A stretch of DNA of 64,000 nt from an uncultured Acidobacteriota bacterium. Lineage in GTDB: Bacteria > Acidobacteriota > Vicinamibacteria > Vicinamibacterales > UBA2999. Shown here in pieces: positions 58,278 through 64,000 of this stretch (positions are counted from its first letter, which is position 1; each line of letters opens with the position of its first letter). Made by a program: the position numbers and the translations under genes. The stretch covers positions 36,197-100,196 of the forward strand of contig CAWFTF010000008.1 in NCBI GenBank assembly GCA_963818645.1, in the 5' to 3' direction. The notes under the pieces are model-generated. The model made no database searches, had not been told where the DNA came from, and saw only the letters and a list, made by a program, of their open reading frames with translations.

Positions 58278-59177
58278 GTGACGGTCATCCTTCCGCTGCT
58301 CGGATTCGTGTTCGTCTCGCTGCTCATTGCTGCAGCCGCCATGGTGCTGTCGCCGAGCGGCAGCGCGATCATTCCGCGTCGCCTTGGTGAGCTCCGCGGC
58401 GTCCCCGTCGAGGAGCCTGTTTACACCGAGAAGGCGATCAAGACGCTGAAGCATCTGGCCAAATACGCTCCGCAGTCGCCCTCCGAGATGGGGAAGCTGC
58501 AAAAGAAGCTCGTCTGTGCAGGCTATCGCAATAAGGAAGCGCTGACGATCTTCATGGGGATCCGCCTGGCCGCATCTATCACGGCCTTCGCCATTGCGTC
58601 ATCGCCTCTGGTCGGCAGACCGAATGTGTTCCTCGCCATCGGGGTGGCGGCGGTTGGCTACCTGCTCCCGAGCATGGGTCTTGGGCGAATCGCGAAAAAA
58701 CGACAGCATCGGATTCGCCTCTCGCTGGCCGATGTGCTCGATCTGCTGGTCGTGAGTGTCGAGGCGGGACTCGGTCTGGACCAGGCCCTTCAGCGGGTTG
58801 GAGAAGAACTGTCGTCCACCCACAAGGACTTGTCCGAGGAGTTGCGACTCGTCAACCTGGAGATGCGGGCTGGCAAGGCACGGTCGGAGGCGCTTCGTAA
58901 TCTAGCCGACCGCACCGGCGTCGACGATTTGACGTCGCTCGCGGCGATGCTGATTCAAACGGACAAGTTCGGCACCAGCGTGGCGCAGTCGCTGCGCGTG
59001 CACTCGGACACGCTTCGCACCAAGCGACGACAGCGCGCCGAGGAAGCCGCAGCCAAGACGGGCGTGAAGATGGTGTTCCCGCTCGTGTTCTGCATCTTCC
59101 CGGCGATCTGGGTGGTGACAATCGGACCGGCAGCGATTCGCTTCGTGCAGGTCCTCTTCCCGATGGCGCAGCAGTAA
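58278..59177 (+). CDS. tadC: TadC (T2SS F-type inner-membrane platform protein)
   Basis: GTG 58278 lies 2 nt after the tadB stop. LADVLDLLVVSVEAGLGLDQAL is the T2SSF motif. C-terminal TM helices. Confidence 0.85.
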   Translation: MTVILPLLGFVFVSLLIAAAAMVLSPSGSAIIPRRLGELRGVPVEEPVYTEKAIKTLKHLAKYAPQSPSEMGKLQKKLVCAGYRNKEALTIFMGIRLAASITAFAIASSPLVGRPNVFLAIGVAAVGYLLPSMGLGRIAKKRQHRIRLSLADVLDLLVVSVEAGLGLDQALQRVGEELSSTHKDLSEELRLVNLEMRAGKARSEALRNLADRTGVDDLTSLAAMLIQTDKFGTSVAQSLRVHSDTLRTKRRQRAEEAAAKTGVKMVFPLVFCIFPAIWVVTIGPAAIRFVQVLFPMAQQ

Positions 59178-60553
59178 TGACGACCGCAGCAGCGCTCACC
59201 GCGCCCTCGCTCGACGACATCCGGACGACGGCTCCGCAGGTTCCAACGACGTTGGAACAGACGGGGCTGACGACCGACATGATCGAGCAGCTTCTGATCA
59301 AGACGCTGTACGGCGGCGAGCTGACCGGCCTGATGCTGGCCGAGCGGCTGCGTCTTCCGTTCACGATCATCGAGCCAATCATCGAGCGCCTCCGCATCGA
59401 GCGGTTGATCGAAGTGCGCGGTGGGACGTCAACGGCAAGCTATCGCTACACGCCCACAGACCTCGGACGCGACCGCGCCCAGCAGTACCTCGCGGTCAAC
59501 CAGTACACCGGCGCGGCGCCTGTGCCTCTGGCGACCTATGTCGCCCAGATGCGCGCCCTCGCCGCGTCGCGCGGTTATATCGATCGCGAGCGGCTGCGCA
59601 AGGGCTTCGCGCACCTCATCGTCCCTGACGCTGTGCTCGAGCAACTCGGCCCCGCCGCGAACGCGAACAAGGCGATCTTCCTGTACGGGCCCCCAGGCAA
59701 CGGCAAGACGGTGCTCGCTGAGGGGCTCTCACGGACACTCGGCGGCGACATGTATATGCCGTACGCCATCGAAATCGAGGGTCACATCGTCACGATGTAC
59801 GACCCGATCAGCCACGAGGCGCTCGATGCCGATGTGCCGGACGCGACCAGCATCATCGCCGCCGCGCCGCGCGACCGCCGCTGGGTCCGCATCCGTCGTC
59901 CTGTCGTCATCGTCGGCGGCGAGCTCACGCTCGACATGCTCGACCTGACGTTCAACCCGCTCGCGAAGTTCTACGATGCACCGCTGCAGCTGAAGGCAAA
60001 CGGCGGCATCTTCCTCGTGGACGACTTTGGCCGTCAGCGCATGCGGCCTGAGGATCTGCTCAATCGCTGGATCGTGCCGCTCGAGAGTCGAGTGGACTAT
60101 CTCACGCTGCACACCGGCAAGAAATTCCAGGTGCCGTTCGACGTGTTGACCGTCTTCGCGACCAACCTCGATCCCGCGTCACTGGCAGACGAAGCGTTCC
60201 TGCGCCGTATTCCCTACAAGATCGCGATTCAGGATCCGTCGATCGAGGACTTCACGCGCATCCTCGAGCTCAATTGCCGGCGTCGCGATCTGCGCTTCCA
60301 TCCAGTGATGGCGGCGTACCTGCAGCGACGGCACTACCTTCCGATCAATCGGCCGCTGCGTGCGTGTCATCCGCGCGACCTGCTCGATCAGGTGACGGCG
60401 CTCTGCCGATACCGCGGGATCGAGCCGATCCTCAGCCGCGAAATGATCGACGCCGCGTGCGACGCCTACTTCCTCGACGACAAGGTGTCTCAGCCGGAAC
60501 CCGCGAAAGTTCGTACACGGCGAAAGCGGGGCGCTCCGGTCGAGGTGAAGTAA
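59177..60553 (+). CDS. AAA+ ATPase of unknown role, translationally coupled to tadC
   Basis: The ATG overlaps the tadC stop (TAATG). N-terminal wHTH-like region (LMLAERLRLPFTIIEPIIERLRIERLIEV). Walker A GPPGNGKT, Walker B IFLVDDFGRQ, sensor-1 VFATN, AFLRRIPYKI. Confidence 0.8.
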   Translation: MTTAAALTAPSLDDIRTTAPQVPTTLEQTGLTTDMIEQLLIKTLYGGELTGLMLAERLRLPFTIIEPIIERLRIERLIEVRGGTSTASYRYTPTDLGRDRAQQYLAVNQYTGAAPVPLATYVAQMRALAASRGYIDRERLRKGFAHLIVPDAVLEQLGPAANANKAIFLYGPPGNGKTVLAEGLSRTLGGDMYMPYAIEIEGHIVTMYDPISHEALDADVPDATSIIAAAPRDRRWVRIRRPVVIVGGELTLDMLDLTFNPLAKFYDAPLQLKANGGIFLVDDFGRQRMRPEDLLNRWIVPLESRVDYLTLHTGKKFQVPFDVLTVFATNLDPASLADEAFLRRIPYKIAIQDPSIEDFTRILELNCRRRDLRFHPVMAAYLQRRHYLPINRPLRACHPRDLLDQVTALCRYRGIEPILSREMIDAACDAYFLDDKVSQPEPAKVRTRRKRGAPVEVK

Positions 60554-60963
60554 TGACGGCCCCTCGGATGGCGTTGGTCAATCAGCGTACGGACGAAGCG
60601 CTTGCCGACCGTATCGAGCTCGCGGTCACGCGAAACGATCGGCGCAAGGGTCTGCTCGGACGCGACGTCTTCGAGACGTCGAGCGCGTTGATCATCGCTC
60701 CGTGCTTCTCCATCCACACGATGTTCATGCGGTTCGACATCGACGCCGTGTTCGTAGACGACGACGGACGTGCGGTGAAGGTGGTGCAGGGAATGGGCCC
60801 ATGGCGAATCGCGGTGCAGCCGTTCGCGCATGCCGTCGTTGAACTGCCGGCCGGCAGCCTGCGCGAGCGTCCGGTGGACGTGGGCGATCGCCTGTATCTC
60901 GTGAACAGCAGCGGTGAACGCGTCGGGCTGTCGGTGGCCGATCTCAGGGAGCGCGTGTGCTGA
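60553..60963 (+). CDS. DUF192-like protein
   Basis: The ATG overlaps the AAA+ stop (TAATG). 136 aa. GLLGRD...ALIIAPCFSIHTMFMRFDIDAVFVD...VVELPAG matches my recollection of DUF192. Confidence 0.7.
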   Translation: MTAPRMALVNQRTDEALADRIELAVTRNDRRKGLLGRDVFETSSALIIAPCFSIHTMFMRFDIDAVFVDDDGRAVKVVQGMGPWRIAVQPFAHAVVELPAGSLRERPVDVGDRLYLVNSSGERVGLSVADLRERVC

Positions 60964-62343
60964 GCTCCCGCGCGCAAAAGCCCGAGGTCTCCGGGCAGCA
61001 ATACGCCGTCGTCCTGGTAAACGAGGATCAGCTCAGTCAGCTGATGAAGCGGCCGGCGATGCGTCAGGTGAATTCGCGTTTCCTGGCGCAGGACGCGTAC
61101 TCGCGCTACGAGAAACTCAAGCAGCGAACCACTGCGGCAGCCATCCTGCTGCTCGTGCTCGTCGCCGGCGGCCTCGCCTGGGTCTTCGTGCCACAGCCTG
61201 CGATGGCATCGATGTTCGATTGGTCGAAGCCCGCGGCGATCCCGACGCTCTACACCGGCGCCAGCTTCAGCGTCACGATTGCCTCGGTTGACAGTGCCGA
61301 CGGCGCCAACGTCGCGGCGTCGCGCGTTCGCGCTCTCGGGTTGCCCGCATTCACGCGTCGCTCTCCCGGCAAGGATCAGGTGTACCAGGCAATGGTGGGT
61401 CCGTTCGCATCACTCGACGAAGCCGAGAAGGCGCAGCGGAATCTCGGAAGTCTGGGATATCGGGCCGCGCGGATCTTCGTTGACGAGTCGCTGCGCACTG
61501 CGCCTCGCGGCGAGCAGCCCATCGTCGATACGGCAGCGGCCAACCCGGGAATACTGCTCCTCGGCGCGCCCGATCGCGTGTCGCTCGTGTTCGAGATGCA
61601 GTCTGAGCCGCGTCAGGTGAGTTCGTCACGGCCGGATGGCACGACGGTCCAGATCGACGCCGGCCCGATGCCCACTCCAGCGCAGCCGCAGCAGTGGAGT
61701 GCGCCGGAGGGTGTTCATCTGCTTCATACCGTATCGATCGAATCGCTGTCTGCTCAGGGCGGATTGAACTACGTGCGTACGCGAATCGCCTTGCCGGAGT
61801 TTGCGAAGGCCAACGTGCGAACCGAAGGGCGCCGCGTGTATGTCGACCTGACATGGCCGCTCGACGGAGAGAACGCGCGCGCACCGAAGCGCATGACGGT
61901 CATTCAAGAGGGCGATCGAGGAGCGGCCTCGACGCCAGACCAGGCCGCAAGTGTGCCGGCAAAACAGAGCACAGCGACCGCAGCCAGTGGAAGAGCGGTA
62001 TCGCCAGGAGATCGAGCCGATCCACCAGCGCATCCGCGAGGTGCGTCCGTTCCTGTTGTCCGCTGCGCAGTCAGGATCGACCGACGTCTACGCGGCGCTC
62101 GATCAGACGTTCGCGGCGCTCGAAGCGTCGCTGACCAGGATCAACGTGCCGCCGTCAGAGGCCGGACAGCATCAGTTGCTGCTGAGCGCCACGCGAGCTG
62201 TCAGGCAGGGATTGGATCCTGCGTTCGCCGGGGATCGACTGGCGCAGGCGCAGAAGGCGCTCGTCATGTTCGATGGAGCGATGGCCGCGCCCAGTCGTCA
62301 TTACTGCTCCGTAGTCTTCAGACCCGCCTGTGCAAATCTATGA
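60957..62343 (+). CDS. Single-pass membrane protein with a SPOR-like and a possible AMIN-like domain. Apparent +1 frameshift near 61995.
   Basis: TM AAAILLLVLVAGGLAWVFV. SPOR-like FSVTIASVDSADGANVAASRVRALGLPAF...VGPFASLDEAEKAQRNLGSLGY. AMIN-like ...GRRVYVDLTWP. The C-terminus continues in ORF 61951..62343 (EERYRQEIEPIHQRIREV...). Confidence 0.7.
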
Positions 62344-62360
62344 AGGGGTCTGACCCCTTC
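62342..62360. terminator. Bidirectional hairpin terminator between convergent genes
   Basis: gaagggg-tctga-ccccttc forms a 7-bp stem, immediately after the stop at 62343 and 7 nt from the minus-strand stop at 62367. Confidence 0.55.
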
Positions 62361-62366
62361 ACACTT

Positions 62367-63020
62367 CTACGCTGCCAGCCACACGCCTCCAACCACAATC
62401 GCCAGAAGCGCAGCCGCGGTCATCATCGCGCGGTACGCGCGTGGGCCGTGTATGCCGCGAATCGCAATCGTTCCGACCGCTGCTGCGAACATCGTCATTG
62501 CGGCAACGGTGCCCACGCCGAAGGCCGCGATATAGAGGACCGCAGCTGTCGTCGTCGGCAAGGCGAGTGCAGGTAGCACGCCGAAGAAGTGGGAGCTTCC
62601 TGCGACGCCATGTAACACGCCCATGCAGAATGAGGCGTGGGCGTGTCCCAGTCGGCGAATCCATGCGGGGCCAGCCTGTACGTGAAGGTGGTCGTGCGTG
62701 CGTTCGTCGTGCTGGTGCGGCGCTCGGCCAACGTGGAGGCAACGACTCAGGGCCCACAGGCCGATGCCGATGAGCGCCGCTCCAACGACACGCTCGCTCC
62801 ATGTCGAGAGGATTTCGATCGGCGGCAGAAGCTCGCGCAGGAGGACGCCGAGTAGCGCGACGACGACGACGCCCGAGGCATGACCCAGCCCCCACGTCCA
62901 TCCGGCAATCCAACCCTTGCGGCGCCCATCGACTGCAAGCGGTGCGACTGCGGCCAGATGATCGGGTCCGGAGAGCACGTGGAACAGGCCGGCAAGCGCG
63001 CCGGTCACGAGGACTAGCAT
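62367..63020 (-). CDS. HupE/UreJ- or NicO-like metal (Ni/Co) transporter family membrane protein
   Basis: Start at MLVLVTGALAG. FHVLSGPDHLAAV (H-x5-DH), GLGHASG, and a His-rich loop HVGRAPHQHDERTHDHLH. About 6 TM helices. The family assignment is tentative. Confidence 0.6.
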   Translation of the reverse strand: MLVLVTGALAGLFHVLSGPDHLAAVAPLAVDGRRKGWIAGWTWGLGHASGVVVVALLGVLLRELLPPIEILSTWSERVVGAALIGIGLWALSRCLHVGRAPHQHDERTHDHLHVQAGPAWIRRLGHAHASFCMGVLHGVAGSSHFFGVLPALALPTTTAAVLYIAAFGVGTVAAMTMFAAAVGTIAIRGIHGPRAYRAMMTAAALLAIVVGGVWLAA

Positions 63021-63025
63021 TCCGT

Positions 63026-63100
63026 AACTCCCAATCGCCAACTCCCAACTCGATCCCAAGTCCCGGATCCCAGCCCCGGATCCCGAGCCCCGGATCCCGG
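63026..63100. repeat. Composite heptamer arrays (CCAACTC)n then (CCGGATC/CCCGAGC)n
   Basis: aactcccaatcgccaactcccaactcgatcccaagtcccggatcccagccccggatcccgagccccggatcccggg. It lies in the SDR-stop to transporter-start spacer. Confidence 0.9.
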
Positions 63101-63105
63101 GTCGA

Positions 63106-63873
63106 TCACTTAGGCGCCATTCGAATCGCGCCATCCAGCCTGATCACTTCGCCGTTCAACATCTCGTTCTCGAAGATGTGCCTGACGAGTGACGCGTACT
63201 CCTCAGGTCGGCCGAGACGTGGCGGAAAGGGAACCTGCTGCGCGAGCGACACGCGAGCGGCCTCTGGCAAAGCGGCCAGCAGCGGCGTGTCGAATGTGCC
63301 CGGCGCGATCGTCATCACGCGGACGCCGATGCGAGCGAACTCGCGTGCGATCGGCAGCGTCAGCGCGACGATGCCACCCTTCGAGGCTGAATACGCAGCC
63401 TGACCAATCTGGCCATCGAAGGCCGCGACCGATGCCGTGTTCACGATCACGCCCCGTTCGCCGCCGTCGCTTGGGGTGTTCGTGGCCATGGCCGCCCCAG
63501 CCAGCCGGATGGCGTTGAACGTGCCGACAAGATTCACGTGAATGACGCGCGTGAAGTGATCGAGCGGTTGAATGCCTTCCTTGCCGAGCACGCGCTCGGC
63601 TGCGGGAATGCCCGCGGCATTGACCAGGCCATCGAGTTGGCCGAATTCCCTGGTGGCTGTGTCGATGGCCGCCTGAACGTGGTCCTCGCGGGTCACGTCG
63701 CCTTTGACGAACCGCACGCTCGACCCGTGCTGCGCCGCTTTTGCGCTCCCGACGTCGTCCTTGAGGTCGATGACGACCGCTCGTCCGCCGGCAGCGACAA
63801 TCGTGTCGACGGTCGCGCCGCCAAGGCCGGACGCGCCGCCTGTGACGAGGACTGTTCGCCCTTTGAGCAGCAC
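63106..63873 (-). CDS. Short-chain dehydrogenase/reductase, 3-hydroxyacyl-CoA dehydrogenase type-2-like
   Basis: [11 protein letters not shown] cofactor motif, NTAS, catalytic [17 protein letters not shown]. Confidence 0.85.
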   Translation of the reverse strand: MLLKGRTVLVTGGASGLGGATVDTIVAAGGRAVVIDLKDDVGSAKAAQHGSSVRFVKGDVTREDHVQAAIDTATREFGQLDGLVNAAGIPAAERVLGKEGIQPLDHFTRVIHVNLVGTFNAIRLAGAAMATNTPSDGGERGVIVNTASVAAFDGQIGQAAYSASKGGIVALTLPIAREFARIGVRVMTIAPGTFDTPLLAALPEAARVSLAQQVPFPPRLGRPEEYASLVRHIFENEMLNGEVIRLDGAIRMAPK

Positions 63874-63964
63874 ACGGCGATTCTATCAGGCGGCTCATTC
63901 GTCCAAGGCTCTGTGAGAGTGACGGCGCATATACTTGTCGGTCACTCAGCGGAGGACGCTCGGT

Positions 63965-64000
63965 ATGCAATCCAGGCGGATAACCTCGTCTCTCGTCGGC
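63965..64000 (+). CDS. 5' end of a hypothetical CDS running off the right edge
   Basis: GGAGGA lies 8 nt upstream of ATG 63965. The open frame MQSRRITSSLVG runs to the window end. Only 12 codons are visible. Confidence 0.25.
   Translation, partial: MQSRRITSSLVG

Noticed and set aside
153-62343. Programmed +1 ribosomal frameshifting as an explanation for the frame breaks.
   Set aside because: There are too many sites, in unrelated genes, with no shared slippery or stall motif. A systematic single-base insertion artefact is the simpler explanation.
1-64000. Mobile genetic element, prophage, defence island, or rRNA/tRNA genes.
   Set aside because: I recognised no integrase, transposase, phage structural gene, restriction or Cas-like gene, and no rRNA- or tRNA-like sequence while reading both strands. 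The only mobile-element-like feature is the small TIR-bounded segment at 5119..5655.

Overview
This is a high-GC, densely coding bacterial chromosomal window. The gene content, including giant TonB-dependent receptors with carboxypeptidase-regulatory-like N-termini and many secreted proteins of unknown function, suggests Acidobacteriota, but that is inference only. All calls rest on reading the ORF track and sequence and on motifs recalled from known families. No searches or computations were run.

From left to right the window contains:
- A translationally coupled gnd-zwf-pgl operon and an ExeA-like AAA+/SPOR protein.
- An operon encoding a secreted S33 hydrolase and an ABC-2 exporter.
- A GntR regulator followed by three small secreted proteins of unknown function.
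- A protocatechuate-4,5-cleavage/gallate-type aromatic catabolic cluster (ligJ, ligK, galA/desB-like, ligC, ligI and accessory enzymes), interleaved with two roughly 1050-1120 aa TonB-dependent receptors and an AAHS-type MFS transporter.
- A tandemly duplicated secreted three-gene cassette (unknown, MBL-fold, unknown) flanking gentisate-pathway genes. The second copy is translationally coupled to a diheme cytochrome c and a PQQ beta-propeller dehydrogenase.
- A beta-carbonic anhydrase, a fused MFS/spermidine-synthase-like protein and folE.
- A complete Tad/Flp pilus locus (two flp genes, cpaA-F, tadB, tadC, tadE, tadG) with an unusual distal AAA+/DUF192/SPOR-AMIN module.
- A metal-transporter-like membrane protein and an SDR.

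The most interesting points:
1. The uncharacterised secreted cassette coupled to cytochrome c and a PQQ dehydrogenase, together with a six-member paralog family across the window.
2. Tandem arrays with a 7-nt period and varied unit sequence, usually arranged as inverted pairs, in almost every 3'/intercistronic spacer. None occur in divergent promoter regions. Two of them bracket roughly 0.5 kb stretches without ORFs.
3. At least 12 apparent frameshifts that are all +1. This argues for a systematic assembly insertion bias rather than gene decay.

No rRNA, tRNA, CRISPR array, transposase or integrase was recognised.
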